A DNA stretch of 64,000 nucleotides from an uncultured Gammaproteobacteria bacterium (GTDB taxonomy: Bacteria; Patescibacteriota; Microgenomatia; JALYQM01): positions 12,599 to 76,598 of the forward strand of contig CAZGHS010000005.1 in NCBI GenBank assembly GCA_964525495.1, written 5' to 3'. Shown here in pieces: positions 17,814 through 28,424 of this stretch (its first letter is position 1; every line of letters starts with the position of its first letter). Made by a program: the position numbers and the translations under genes. The notes below the pieces were generated by a model. The model made no database searches, was not told the origin of the DNA, and saw nothing but the letters and a program-made list of their open reading frames with translations.

Positions 17814-20800
17814 ATGAACAAACACGTCAAAAAACTCGCATACACATTTTCGTCACTACTTTTATTAAGCAGTTTAATCGGTAGTGATAATTCTATTTTT
17901 GATCCAAAATCCGCATTCGCAAACCCGCCAGTCAACTTTACAAACGAAATTCTTACGACAAATCTTACAGAACCCACAGGATTAACATTCACACCTGACG
18001 GTCGAATGTTATTTATAGAGCGAGCAGGAACGATTAGAGTAGTTGCTGCGGGTGGAACAACACCTAACACAACACCATTTCACCAAATAACAAACATCAA
18101 CACGAGCGACGGAGAAAGAGGATTAGTGGGAATTGCGGTAGATCCAAATTTCACTTCAAACAATTATTATTATGTTTTTTACACAGCAAACTCACCTTTG
18201 CGAGATCGAGTATCTCGATTCACCGCAAATGGGGATACCACAGTATCCGGCAGTGAAGTAGTAATTTGGCAGGAACCAACACAAGCCGGCCTTTGGCATC
18301 ATGGTGGAACAATTGCATTTGGTCCAGACGGAAAACTATATATCTCAACAGGAGATGGATTTGATTCTGGTTCAGGATCAAATCATGTTTCACAAAGACT
18401 AGATAGCGTAAGAGGAAAAATACTTCGCATTAATTCCGACGGAACAATTCCTTCGGACAATCCATTTAATGACGGTGGAGGATCAAACTTTGACGAAATA
18501 TGGGCGCGCGGTTTACGCAATCCATTTAGATTCTCATTTGATTCTACAAACGGCACTATGTATATAGGTGATGTAGGTGGAAACTCAACGGTAAGCTCGA
18601 TAGAAGAAGTAAACAGGGGTGCCGTTGGAGCTAATTTCGGTTGGCCAATTTGCGAAGGAACCTGTTCCACTTCGGGTATGACCAATCCTATCTACACATA
18701 TAATCACGGAGGACGAGATGCGTCAGTAACAGGTGGTTTTGTGTATCGAGGTTCGCTATTCCCCACAGAATATCAGGGAACATATTTTTATGGTGACTAC
18801 GTACGCAATTGGGTAAGATATCTCACATTTAATACCAATGGAACAGTGAGTGGATCAACCAACTTCGAACCAACAAACGGAACAGAAGACGGACCATATG
18901 GTGAGATCGTAGATATAAAAATGGGACCAGACGGCAATATATATTACGTAGATTACGGTACAACCTGGGAAGGTCAAAGCAATCCAGGAAAAATCAGAAG
19001 AATAAAATATACTGGAACAACAAATCAGCCACCAATTATCACTTCAGCGACTGCAAATCCTTCAAACGGGCCAGGTCCAATACTAGTAACAGATTTTTCA
19101 GTTGCTGCATCCGATCCAGAAAATAATACATTAAGCTATTTGTGGAATTTTGGAGACGGAAACACTTCTTCACAGCAGAGCCCAAGCCATACATATACAG
19201 AGCCAGGAGAATACATAGCTCGAGTAACGGTTTCAGACGGTACAAATCAAACTCTTTCAAATCCCATTAATATTACTGTCGGTAATAGACCAGTAGTATC
19301 AATTGCCTCGCCGACAATAAATCAATCGTTTAGAGGTGGAGATAGTATTTCATTTAGTGGGTCAGCAACTGATCCAGATGAGGACCTTCCGTTATCAGCG
19401 TATTCTTGGAGAGTAATATTCAACCACGAATCACACACGCATCCAGCCGCCGGCCCTATCGAAAACACGACGTCAGGTTCCTACACAATTCCTACAACAG
19501 GTCACGATTTTTCTGGGAACACAAGTTATGACATTTTACTTACGGTAACAGACAGTACGGGATTACAGGGAACCGCTTCTGTCAGAATTAATCCTGAAAA
19601 AGTTAATCTTACATTCAACACTTCACCAACAGGACTCGGCCTTAACTTCGACGAGCAGACTAATATAACAACATCATTTGTGAGAGATACTTTAATCAAC
19701 TTTCAACACACTGTCGAAGCCCCAGTAACACAGCTGCTCGCAGGTAATACGTATACATTCCAATCATGGTCAGATAGTGGTGCAGCTCAGCATATAATCA
19801 CTGCCCCTGCTACAAGTCAAACATACACTGCAAACTATCAGTTAACAGCAAGTCCTACCCCGACTGCTGCACCTACGGCTACACCAGTGCCAACGGCAAC
19901 ACCAACTGGAACCCCATCGCCAGCTCCTACTGCGATACCCACCACAGGTACAAGTCTACAATTTGATGGGGGAGACATGGTATCTGGTACGAACGTTCCT
20001 TTGCTTACGCAGTTTACCTATGAAGCATGGATAAAACGAACAGCTGACAACGGGACTTACCAAACATTTCTATCTGACGCAAATACAAACTATAACGCAG
20101 CCATGGTCACGCTGTTTGTAGACGGAGGAAATAGTGATTGCGGAAGCTCACCAACTGATCAGATCGCATATTTTCAATTGCAATCAGGGGGCAGTTCGAC
20201 TCAATGTTCAGGGGTAACGGCCACGCTTAATCAGTGGTACCACGTAGCTGTAACGCGAGATGCAGCAGGAACACGCAGGGTATTTATCGACGGAACACTA
20301 AGATCGACAAATACAAGTACAGTAGCTCCAGCAGATAGCACAGGTCTCATGACATTAGGGCGAGCTGGTTCGAGCAGTGACGAGTACTTCACTGGACGGA
20401 TTGATGATGTACGGGTTTCAAATACAGCCAGATACACTACAAACTTTACACCATCAGCTATCAGTGGGTCAGATGCAAACACTATCTTCGCATGGAATAT
20501 CAACGAAGGATCAGGACAGACACTTGCTGACCTATCAAGCAACAATCGTAACGGAACACTAGGCAGTAACACAAATGTTGAAGCAACTGATCCTGTTTGG
20601 TCAACAGATAGCCCCTTGGGCGGAGCAGCTCCTAGCCCAACACCAACAGGCACTCCAGCACCGACGGCAACCCCTATTTCTACAGCAACTCCTGCTCCAA
20701 CTGCGACGCCAATAATAACTCCAACACCGATACCAACGGCAGCACCAACCGGAACCCCTATACCTACAGCTACACCAATTCCTACTCCTACCGCCACTCC

Positions 20801-21575
20801 GGCAATAACACCTACCCCAGTTCCCACAGCAACACCTACGGCTGTCCCAACAGCGACACCAATTCCTACCTCGACCCCGACATCAACTCCAGTTCCTACG
20901 GGAACAACGCTTAACTTTGCCGGGGACGATGTAGTACAGACAGTAAATATTCCTTTAGCAACACAATATACATTTGAAGTATGGGTAAAGCGTTCGGCTG
21001 ACAGTGGAGGATACGAAACATTTGTATCCGATGCAAACAGCGCATACAATCGCGCGATGGTCACGCTATTTATTGACGGAGGAAACAATGACTGTACAGG
21101 GGTATCTGACCAATTCGCGTTTTATGAGTCAAGAGCGAACGGATCGAGCACTCAGTGTTCGGGAGTAACAGCTTCATTGAATCAGTGGTTCCATATTGCC
21201 GTAACACGAGATGCTGCAGGCACTCGACGATTCTTTGTTGACGGCACTTTGCGGACAACACAGACAGGAACGGCAACGCCAACTGACAGTGCTGGAGTAC
21301 TTACTTTCGGTCGTGCTGGTGATTCTAGTTCGGAATATTTCAGTGGAAGAATAGACGACGTGCGTGTAGTAAGCAACGCAGTCTATACTACAAACTTCAC
21401 AAGGCCAACAGCACCGCTCACTACCGTGACAGGAACAATTGGACTCTGGAACATTACAGCAGGAAGTGGACAAACTGTAGCAGACACTTCTGGCAACAAT
21501 CGCAATGGACGATTAGGTACTTCAAATTCCGCTGATTCACGTGATCCAAGTTGGGTGTCAGATAATCCATATTAA
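17814..21575 (+). CDS. Secreted PQQ-dependent sugar dehydrogenase-like (GSDH) propeller + PKD + two LamG domains with Pro/Thr linkers
   Basis: GERGLVGIAVDPNF, HHGGTIAFGPDGKLYISTGD, GKILRIN.DG.IPSDNPF, GLRNPFR, GANFGWP; PKD motif YLWNFGDG..S....PSHTY; two similar LamG domains. Confidence 0.9.
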   Translation: MNKHVKKLAYTFSSLLLLSSLIGSDNSIFDPKSAFANPPVNFTNEILTTNLTEPTGLTFTPDGRMLFIERAGTIRVVAAGGTTPNTTPFHQITNINTSDGERGLVGIAVDPNFTSNNYYYVFYTANSPLRDRVSRFTANGDTTVSGSEVVIWQEPTQAGLWHHGGTIAFGPDGKLYISTGDGFDSGSGSNHVSQRLDSVRGKILRINSDGTIPSDNPFNDGGGSNFDEIWARGLRNPFRFSFDSTNGTMYIGDVGGNSTVSSIEEVNRGAVGANFGWPICEGTCSTSGMTNPIYTYNHGGRDASVTGGFVYRGSLFPTEYQGTYFYGDYVRNWVRYLTFNTNGTVSGSTNFEPTNGTEDGPYGEIVDIKMGPDGNIYYVDYGTTWEGQSNPGKIRRIKYTGTTNQPPIITSATANPSNGPGPILVTDFSVAASDPENNTLSYLWNFGDGNTSSQQSPSHTYTEPGEYIARVTVSDGTNQTLSNPINITVGNRPVVSIASPTINQSFRGGDSISFSGSATDPDEDLPLSAYSWRVIFNHESHTHPAAGPIENTTSGSYTIPTTGHDFSGNTSYDILLTVTDSTGLQGTASVRINPEKVNLTFNTSPTGLGLNFDEQTNITTSFVRDTLINFQHTVEAPVTQLLAGNTYTFQSWSDSGAAQHIITAPATSQTYTANYQLTASPTPTAAPTATPVPTATPTGTPSPAPTAIPTTGTSLQFDGGDMVSGTNVPLLTQFTYEAWIKRTADNGTYQTFLSDANTNYNAAMVTLFVDGGNSDCGSSPTDQIAYFQLQSGGSSTQCSGVTATLNQWYHVAVTRDAAGTRRVFIDGTLRSTNTSTVAPADSTGLMTLGRAGSSSDEYFTGRIDDVRVSNTARYTTNFTPSAISGSDANTIFAWNINEGSGQTLADLSSNNRNGTLGSNTNVEATDPVWSTDSPLGGAAPSPTPTGTPAPTATPISTATPAPTATPIITPTPIPTAAPTGTPIPTATPIPTPTATPAITPTPVPTATPTAVPTATPIPTSTPTSTPVPTGTTLNFAGDDVVQTVNIPLATQYTFEVWVKRSADSGGYETFVSDANSAYNRAMVTLFIDGGNNDCTGVSDQFAFYESRANGSSTQCSGVTASLNQWFHIAVTRDAAGTRRFFVDGTLRTTQTGTATPTDSAGVLTFGRAGDSSSEYFSGRIDDVRVVSNAVYTTNFTRPTAPLTTVTGTIGLWNITAGSGQTVADTSGNNRNGRLGTSNSADSRDPSWVSDNPY
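20625..20900 (+). repeat. Long Pro/Thr low-complexity linker (PTATP repeats); similar tracts at ~19850-19945, 22230-22385, 23695-23855, 25030-25145
   Basis: Translations such as PSPTPTGTPAPTATPISTATPAPTATP separate the folded domains. Confidence 0.95.
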
Positions 21576-21598
21576 AATATAATAAAAAAGAGGTGCAT

Positions 21599-24500
21599 AT
21601 GTTACTAGGTGAAAGATATTTTAAATTAGGCACACTATCTCTTTTCATAGTGCTCATCTTAGGGATGAGTTTTTTTTATACATCGGCTCATGCTGATTCA
21701 AACATATATCAGATAACTGCCAGCGCAAATGATGTGAATCAAGACGGTAATACACTTGATATTACAAGCGCAAACATGTGGTTAGGTACTGGTGCTAGTA
21801 CGTCAAGTTCTTATACTGGATTGCGGTTTACAAACATAAATATACCTAAAGGAGCAACAATCAACTCGGCAAAGCTTCAGGTCTTTTCACCTTCATCAAG
21901 TTGGATATCGATGACTTTTGATTTCGCAGCTGAAGCAGCAGATAACAGTGCAATATTCTCAACAACAAGCAAACCTTCACAACGAACAGTAACAAACACA
22001 AAAATACGGCACTCAAGCAATAACTCATGGTCAGCAAATACGAATTATACGCTTGACGAAATAAACACAGTGGTACAAGAAGTCATCAACAGGCCGGGAT
22101 GGACCAGTGGTAACAGCCTATCACTTGTCCTAAAAGGAGCAGGAAGTTCCTATGGAAGAAAAAGTATCCGTGCATACAACGGTACTCCAGCCAACGCGCC
22201 AAAACTTTTAGTAACATTTTCCGTAGCTGGTACACCGACCCCTGCACCAACGAGCACGCCGACCGCAACACCCACAGCAACTCCAGTACCAACGACTACC
22301 CCTACTGTTGCACCAACAGCTACCCCCACTATATCTCCTACAGCAACATCGACGCCTATACCAACTGCAACTCCCACCTCGCAACCAAGTAATGTTGCCT
22401 ATTACAATATAAATACTTCTACCTCAACTAGCGCAGGATACGATGCCGTTTCGTGGTCACAAGGATACCCCATCACTGTAGATAAATTTGGAAAATATAT
22501 AGTACCTATACAACGTCATGGATTCAGCAGCGAAAACTTTGCAGTCAGTAATGATGCCGGAGCAACATGGATAGAGCTAGACGGCTCAGGTATCCTCAAT
22601 AGATCATCTATTGCATACGATAGTATAAATGACACGCTCCAAGTAGTAACAACTGCAAACGCAGTGGCTTATAGTAAATATTCAATAGTTCGTGATGGCA
22701 ATAACAACATTACGAGTCTAGCACTTGATGGAATAATGAATATAGAAACTGGGGCAGGTTGTACTGCAATGGATATTAGAAATCCTATAGCACTATGGAA
22801 AGATGACGGAGCAAACGGACAGGTGGTTGCGTTCTGGTCAGTTAGTAAAACATGTTCAGGATCAAGCATAGTAGAAACACGTGCCGCTATGCGAACACTT
22901 TCAAACTCGGCCGCAGATAGAACAGCATCAAATTGGAAAGCATTAAACGGAGTCTCAAGTGCACCAGGATCTGTCGGTCCTGCGCTTGTTGCATACAATA
23001 AAATATATGGAATTAATACAGCGTATGACCGTCCATTTCAACACTCCGCAATGATCCAAGGCGGAGGCGGAGTTCATAGCAATGATATTTACTATTTCAA
23101 CATAGATCAAAACGATACTCACGGATTCCAAAGGTTAACGTGGAATCCTGCATTAAATGATTGGTCAGGTTCATGGACATCGAGGGCAGTATTTGGAGGA
23201 AATGTAGGAGATAATCTTGGATATAATTTAAAGAAAGAGCTATTAAGTAAACCTGTTTATGCTTCAAATAGCAACAGAGTATATGTAGGAATATCTAGAT
23301 GGTTAACAGGCGGGGCTGGTGACTCTCAATCACTATTCTATGTAGATGACAGTGATATCGTTATCGAAGCAGGAAACGTATACTCTGCTAATGGTACCGC
23401 GTTCCTCTATCCGACATTTGATCTTATGTACGATCAAGTAACAGGTTTAGTAAATTTCTTCTATCTCACCACAGGAGTAAATCAGAACGGTCATGTATAT
23501 TACAAATCATATGACGGTTCGAACTTCTCTACAGCAAAACCATTTTTTACAGCAGCCGGACAAACGGTAGATATTCCAATCGTCTATCAGTCGAGAATAG
23601 ATAATAAAGCAGTCTTGTTCTTCAGAAAAAACAAAACAAGTGATCCAAACACACCTCCTCATGAAATATTTTTTGGCTACGCAAAGCTTGATACTCCTGT
23701 TCCAAACCCAACGCCTACAGCCACTCCTACAGTCGCCCCGACCGCAACTCCAGTACCCACGTCCACTCCTACTGTCGCGCCAACAGCTACGCCCACACCG
23801 ACTAGCACCCCAACACCTACAGCAACACCAACAACCGCTCCAACCAACCCGCCTGGGGAAACAGTAAAAGGGTCATTTGAAATAGGACAGGGAGGCTCCG
23901 ATGTGATTCCGCATCAAATAGTTCGCACTCAAGATGACAAAGTATATACGTTTGGATATGCTGGCCAATACCAACCAGTGCTCAAGGCATATTGGACAAA
24001 TGGTACAGGTATACCAACACAGACTAGTCATTTCAGTGGTTCAACACAAGTTACCGACAGCTCAAACTTAATCTCTGTAGATGCAGTCTATGATGGAAGC
24101 GCTATTATCCACGTCATAACAAACACACAGGGTGGAATTACCAAAGATTATCCATTTGACACAACAACAAATACTTTCAGGTCACCTCAAACTGTTGCTA
24201 CGAACACTAAAACAGTCAGTGGAGATTACGTAGGATCAAGCGGAGTATCAGCAATGTTCGACACGGCTGGAGATCTGCACATCGCATATTGGACGAATGA
24301 TAACTATGTCAAATACGGAAAATATCAGTATAGCAACAATACAAACACGCTAACGCAAGTTGAAGGTCCAACCACAGTAGATGCCGACGTAAACGCAAAC
24401 CATCCAAGTCTCGCAGTGTCTCCACTAGACAACTCAATTTCAGTAGCTTGGATATCACAGAGTGGAACACCTCGCATTTTATACCGCGAAAAGACAGTAA

Positions 24501-25723
24501 ACGGGTGGAATCCTATTCAACAAGTAAGTACGTCTCGTCCGTGGACAAGCAACAACTTTGGTGTGAACATCGACCAAGGCCCAACAATAATAATAGATAC
24601 AAATGGTAAAAAATACCTTACATACATCGAAGATTTTGATAATACAGGCGATTATGGAAGTATTCATTATGTAACAAATGCATCGGGATCCTGGATAGAC
24701 ACGGAGCTATCAAATACATATAGCCACGATCCAGTATTAGCATTAGCTCAAAACGGTGACCAATATCTTATTGGTCACGGGCATCCTAACAACACATCAT
24801 GTAAATTAATGACGGTAATGTGTACAAAGAAACGAAATACAAACGGAGTATGGGATTCATCACTCGAGTTTGCTACACCAACAGGATCAGATTCATACGA
24901 TTCAAGCCCAAGTATTAAATGGTCTGTAGTAGGATTTAATCGTCCTGAAACTATAGAATTCGTCTTCCCAAGGATAATAAATAATAACTACAACACATCA
25001 AGTCTTATGTACGGATACATTAATTACAATACTCCAACACCGACACCAACTGCCGCTCCGACCGCAACACCAGTTCCAACTCCTACTGCTACTCCGGCCA
25101 TAACACCAACCCCTGTACCAACGATCACTCCAACTTCCGCACCAGTTACAATAACCTATACAGTTCCATCAAATGATAGAGACGCATGGTCGGGTAATGC
25201 GCACACTGGCAATCCAAATAACGAAGTAAGAGTAAACGGTTATAACAACACAAATGAACCGTACTTATTCGTCAGTAATGACAGTGATGAAGAATCTGCG
25301 GGGATGCAGTTCCAAATCGATGTGCCGCAAAATGCTACTATTCAAAACGCGTTTTTGACAGTCACTGCTGGTTCATTCCAAAGTCCTAGTGCAACGGGGG
25401 GAATGGGAATTCAGATCTATGATGTCGGCAATACAACGGCCTTTCAAAATGGGTTTTTGGGAGATCTTATAAATCATCACCCTCGTTATGGAACAAGTAT
25501 CATGTGGTCAGATCCAACAACGTGGACAAATGGGTCTATAAAAAGCTCGCCAAACATCAACGCACTTGTCCAGCACATAGTGAATAGGACTGATTATGCA
25601 CAAAATAACTTTATAGGGTTTGTGATTGACGAAGGAACCTTGCAAAGCGGAAAATATTACGGATGGGACGACTACTTTGGCGGAGATCCTGCAAGGTTAA
25701 CCGTGACATATACAACAAATTAA
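21599..25723 (+). CDS. Large secreted multidomain protein: two related beta-sandwich (DNRLRE-like) end domains and two propeller-like domains joined by PT linkers
   Basis: Signal peptide ending AHA. End domains share GLRF/GMQF..IP..ATI..A.L...IN..VQ..NR...P.L.VT. Asp-box-like SNDAGATW. AAGAGG SD-like sequence precedes ATG 21599. Confidence 0.75.
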   Translation: MLLGERYFKLGTLSLFIVLILGMSFFYTSAHADSNIYQITASANDVNQDGNTLDITSANMWLGTGASTSSSYTGLRFTNINIPKGATINSAKLQVFSPSSSWISMTFDFAAEAADNSAIFSTTSKPSQRTVTNTKIRHSSNNSWSANTNYTLDEINTVVQEVINRPGWTSGNSLSLVLKGAGSSYGRKSIRAYNGTPANAPKLLVTFSVAGTPTPAPTSTPTATPTATPVPTTTPTVAPTATPTISPTATSTPIPTATPTSQPSNVAYYNINTSTSTSAGYDAVSWSQGYPITVDKFGKYIVPIQRHGFSSENFAVSNDAGATWIELDGSGILNRSSIAYDSINDTLQVVTTANAVAYSKYSIVRDGNNNITSLALDGIMNIETGAGCTAMDIRNPIALWKDDGANGQVVAFWSVSKTCSGSSIVETRAAMRTLSNSAADRTASNWKALNGVSSAPGSVGPALVAYNKIYGINTAYDRPFQHSAMIQGGGGVHSNDIYYFNIDQNDTHGFQRLTWNPALNDWSGSWTSRAVFGGNVGDNLGYNLKKELLSKPVYASNSNRVYVGISRWLTGGAGDSQSLFYVDDSDIVIEAGNVYSANGTAFLYPTFDLMYDQVTGLVNFFYLTTGVNQNGHVYYKSYDGSNFSTAKPFFTAAGQTVDIPIVYQSRIDNKAVLFFRKNKTSDPNTPPHEIFFGYAKLDTPVPNPTPTATPTVAPTATPVPTSTPTVAPTATPTPTSTPTPTATPTTAPTNPPGETVKGSFEIGQGGSDVIPHQIVRTQDDKVYTFGYAGQYQPVLKAYWTNGTGIPTQTSHFSGSTQVTDSSNLISVDAVYDGSAIIHVITNTQGGITKDYPFDTTTNTFRSPQTVATNTKTVSGDYVGSSGVSAMFDTAGDLHIAYWTNDNYVKYGKYQYSNNTNTLTQVEGPTTVDADVNANHPSLAVSPLDNSISVAWISQSGTPRILYREKTVNGWNPIQQVSTSRPWTSNNFGVNIDQGPTIIIDTNGKKYLTYIEDFDNTGDYGSIHYVTNASGSWIDTELSNTYSHDPVLALAQNGDQYLIGHGHPNNTSCKLMTVMCTKKRNTNGVWDSSLEFATPTGSDSYDSSPSIKWSVVGFNRPETIEFVFPRIINNNYNTSSLMYGYINYNTPTPTPTAAPTATPVPTPTATPAITPTPVPTITPTSAPVTITYTVPSNDRDAWSGNAHTGNPNNEVRVNGYNNTNEPYLFVSNDSDEESAGMQFQIDVPQNATIQNAFLTVTAGSFQSPSATGGMGIQIYDVGNTTAFQNGFLGDLINHHPRYGTSIMWSDPTTWTNGSIKSSPNINALVQHIVNRTDYAQNNFIGFVIDEGTLQSGKYYGWDDYFGGDPARLTVTYTTN

Positions 25724-25789
25724 TTTGTCATAGGAACAGCGTAAAAAATAGCTTTATCATTCTCCTTAAAGATGCTACTCTAATAGAGA

Positions 25790-28390
25790 ATGAAAAAAAT
25801 ATTAGCTTCATTTGCTGTTATTCTCTTAATAGGGTTAGGGGTGTTTGCTTATACAAACACTAGAGCCGATGGAACATATGCATCCCTCGGTACAACTGAT
25901 GCTGGAGATGGAAGCAATGACGCTATCAACTTCTCCCAAGGACGTGTCTGGACAATTGACCAATATGGCAAATACATCTGGCTGACCCAAACTCGCGTTT
26001 CTACAACTACCCATTGGGCTTGGTCAAATGATAATGGAGCCAATTGGTCACAAAGCTCCGAAAGCTACACATTTTTAACGCGAGGATCCGTCGCCTATGA
26101 TTCAATCAACGATGTTTTACATGTCATTTGGGCTGCAACCGATACTAATGATGGAATTATTTATCGCCGCTACGGCATTACACGCGACGGGTCAAACAAT
26201 ATCACCGCCATCGCCCGCATCAATACCGGAGTCAATTTACAGTTAGACACCTCTTCCTCGCGCAACTTAGATCAACCAGTCGCACTCTGGGTCAATGATG
26301 GAACAACAGATGGTACACTCGTCGCAATCTGGCCTAAACACGGCTCAAGCATCAACGAGGTCAGAGCCTCGCGAAGACGACTATCAATGACAGACGCCGA
26401 TGGAGTAGCCGGTAACTGGTTATCACTTGACGGTACAGCCGATACCATCTCAACCGATCCTCCAGCAGTCGCAGCCGATCAAATATATTTTGATACTTCT
26501 GGAGCAGTTGCAGTCTCAGCCAGTGTTCGCGGAGGAACCGGATCACGTAAAGACAACCTCTATGTATTCGTGGCCGAAGAAGACGATAATAGCGGAGATC
26601 AGTTATTAGCGTACCGTGCAACTTGGAATTCAGGCAGTACCAACTGGAGTGGTGGTTGGGCACAAGTCGGAGTGATGGGGGCGATGGACACATCATCAGG
26701 CTATACACTCAAATACCAGCTTGTTACCAAGCCAGTCCTCGACACAACCAACGACAAACTCTATGTAGGATGGGCGCGTTGGAAAGATGGTACAAACGGA
26801 GATACGGTAAGCATGGCCTCGTTGAATAGTTCTGACGCGATCTCTTCAACGGTCGACATTTACTCAGCACTCGGCACCCATGCCTATGCACCTACCATAG
26901 ACCTCGCATACGATGACAAACAAGACTATATCTATGCCTCATACATCCAGTCTACAACTAACGGCGGCAACGGTCATATTGATTACAAAACATACGATGG
27001 AACAACACTCAGCTCTGCCACTAGATTTTACACCTCGCCAGGTGGCTCAGCTGGAGCTGACGGCGGCGCAGATATCCCTATTCTCTACCAAAATAGAAGT
27101 AACAACAGGCTACTATTTGGATTTCGTATCAACGGCGCTCTACCGCCAACCGGTGTGAATCCTCACTCCATCTATTGGGGGTATGTCACGCTTCCAACTC
27201 AACCAACTGTCCAGTTCACATCGACTTCCGCATCAGGATCAGAAGGTACGACTTCCGTAACTTTGCCAGTTTCGCTTTCCGGATCATTTTCTCGAGATGT
27301 CACTGTCAGTTATTCCGTAACAGGTGGTACTGCAACCGGTTCGGGGAGTGACTATACGCTTTCATCTGGAACTGCCACAATAACAGCTGGCAGCACCTCA
27401 ACGACAATTCCCGTTACTGTGGTAAACGATTCAACTGACGAATCAGACGAAACCGTTATCGTAACACTTTCTAGTCCAACATTCTCTACACTGGGATCGA
27501 ATACTGCCTATACGTACACTATTACCGACAACGATGACGCTGCAACTACTTCTTCAGGTTCATCTTCTAGTAACAATAATACAGCAAGTTCAAATGAGCC
27601 ACCAGTTTGTGCAGACAGAAAACCTGATCAGACTCCAAGATTGTATGCTTCATCAAGTGAAGGAAAGTCATCAATAAAAATCTATTTTGCTGACGATTCT
27701 CAAAACGTCAATAAATACGCAATTGAATACGGCACACAGTCAGGTAAATATACATACAGCGCAGATAATATAGGCGGAAAAGGAGCACGAACTTATACAA
27801 TTCAATCGCTCACAGAAAACACGATCTATTATGTCAGGATTCGCAATGGCAACGGTTGTGCAACAGGTTCGTGGTCATCAGAAATATCCTCGAAAACTGA
27901 GGGAACAGATAATACTATTGCAATAACAAATATCACACAGCCACAAGAAAGCACACAAAAACCCTCACCTAACCCCTCAGCATCTCCAACCAATGCTTGG
28001 ACAAGTAGGCCATCGCCCACACCATCAGCGCAAGTTGCTGGATACACAGTAAAAATTAAAGTAAATGATGACGATAAAAAGCCGGTGGAGAACGCTAAGG
28101 TAACGCTCCATTCAACTCCACGGACTGCATTTACAAACAAAGAAGGTATTGCTGAATTCAAAGATGTTGAAAGAGGTAATCACAAAGTTGAAATTGCGTA
28201 TGATGGATATCAAGGGCAGCAACAGTTAACGTTAGAAGGAGAAGTCAAAGAATTTAATATTAGTGTCGAGATTAAAAAAACTGACAGTAGTATCTCAAAC
28301 TACGTATATGCTGCACTTGCAGGTGTAATCATTTTATTAATTTTAGTAATAGTAGTGATGAAATCACGTAATAAGAATAATCGTACTTGA
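25790..28390 (+). CDS. Surface protein: propeller-like domain + Calx-beta + FN3-like + carboxypeptidase-regulatory-like domain + C-terminal TM anchor
   Basis: Signal peptide; SNDNGANW; Calx-beta V.Y.VTGGTAT..SDY...VND..DE.DETV.VTLS; FN3 YTIQSL..NT.YYVRI; hydrophobic helix and basic tail at the C-terminus. Confidence 0.82.
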   Translation: MKKILASFAVILLIGLGVFAYTNTRADGTYASLGTTDAGDGSNDAINFSQGRVWTIDQYGKYIWLTQTRVSTTTHWAWSNDNGANWSQSSESYTFLTRGSVAYDSINDVLHVIWAATDTNDGIIYRRYGITRDGSNNITAIARINTGVNLQLDTSSSRNLDQPVALWVNDGTTDGTLVAIWPKHGSSINEVRASRRRLSMTDADGVAGNWLSLDGTADTISTDPPAVAADQIYFDTSGAVAVSASVRGGTGSRKDNLYVFVAEEDDNSGDQLLAYRATWNSGSTNWSGGWAQVGVMGAMDTSSGYTLKYQLVTKPVLDTTNDKLYVGWARWKDGTNGDTVSMASLNSSDAISSTVDIYSALGTHAYAPTIDLAYDDKQDYIYASYIQSTTNGGNGHIDYKTYDGTTLSSATRFYTSPGGSAGADGGADIPILYQNRSNNRLLFGFRINGALPPTGVNPHSIYWGYVTLPTQPTVQFTSTSASGSEGTTSVTLPVSLSGSFSRDVTVSYSVTGGTATGSGSDYTLSSGTATITAGSTSTTIPVTVVNDSTDESDETVIVTLSSPTFSTLGSNTAYTYTITDNDDAATTSSGSSSSNNNTASSNEPPVCADRKPDQTPRLYASSSEGKSSIKIYFADDSQNVNKYAIEYGTQSGKYTYSADNIGGKGARTYTIQSLTENTIYYVRIRNGNGCATGSWSSEISSKTEGTDNTIAITNITQPQESTQKPSPNPSASPTNAWTSRPSPTPSAQVAGYTVKIKVNDDDKKPVENAKVTLHSTPRTAFTNKEGIAEFKDVERGNHKVEIAYDGYQGQQQLTLEGEVKEFNISVEIKKTDSSISNYVYAALAGVIILLILVIVVMKSRNKNNRT

Positions 28391-28424
28391 AATTTAATTA
28401 AAGATAAGAGAGAATAAACAAGTT

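Noticed and set aside
4990-21575. Diversity-generating retroelement (TR/VR pair) among the duplicated segments
   Set aside because: No reverse transcriptase in the window; both copies of each repeat are coding, and differences are mostly synonymous rather than adenine-specific.
20231-22377. Minus-strand ORFs with GVGVAVG repeats resembling elastin or silk
   Set aside because: They are the reverse complement of the PTPTAT linkers.
19850-25145. Possible CRISPR array or DNA tandem repeat in the repetitive C/A-rich tracts
   Set aside because: Repeats exist only at protein level with variable codons; no fixed repeat-spacer period and no cas genes.
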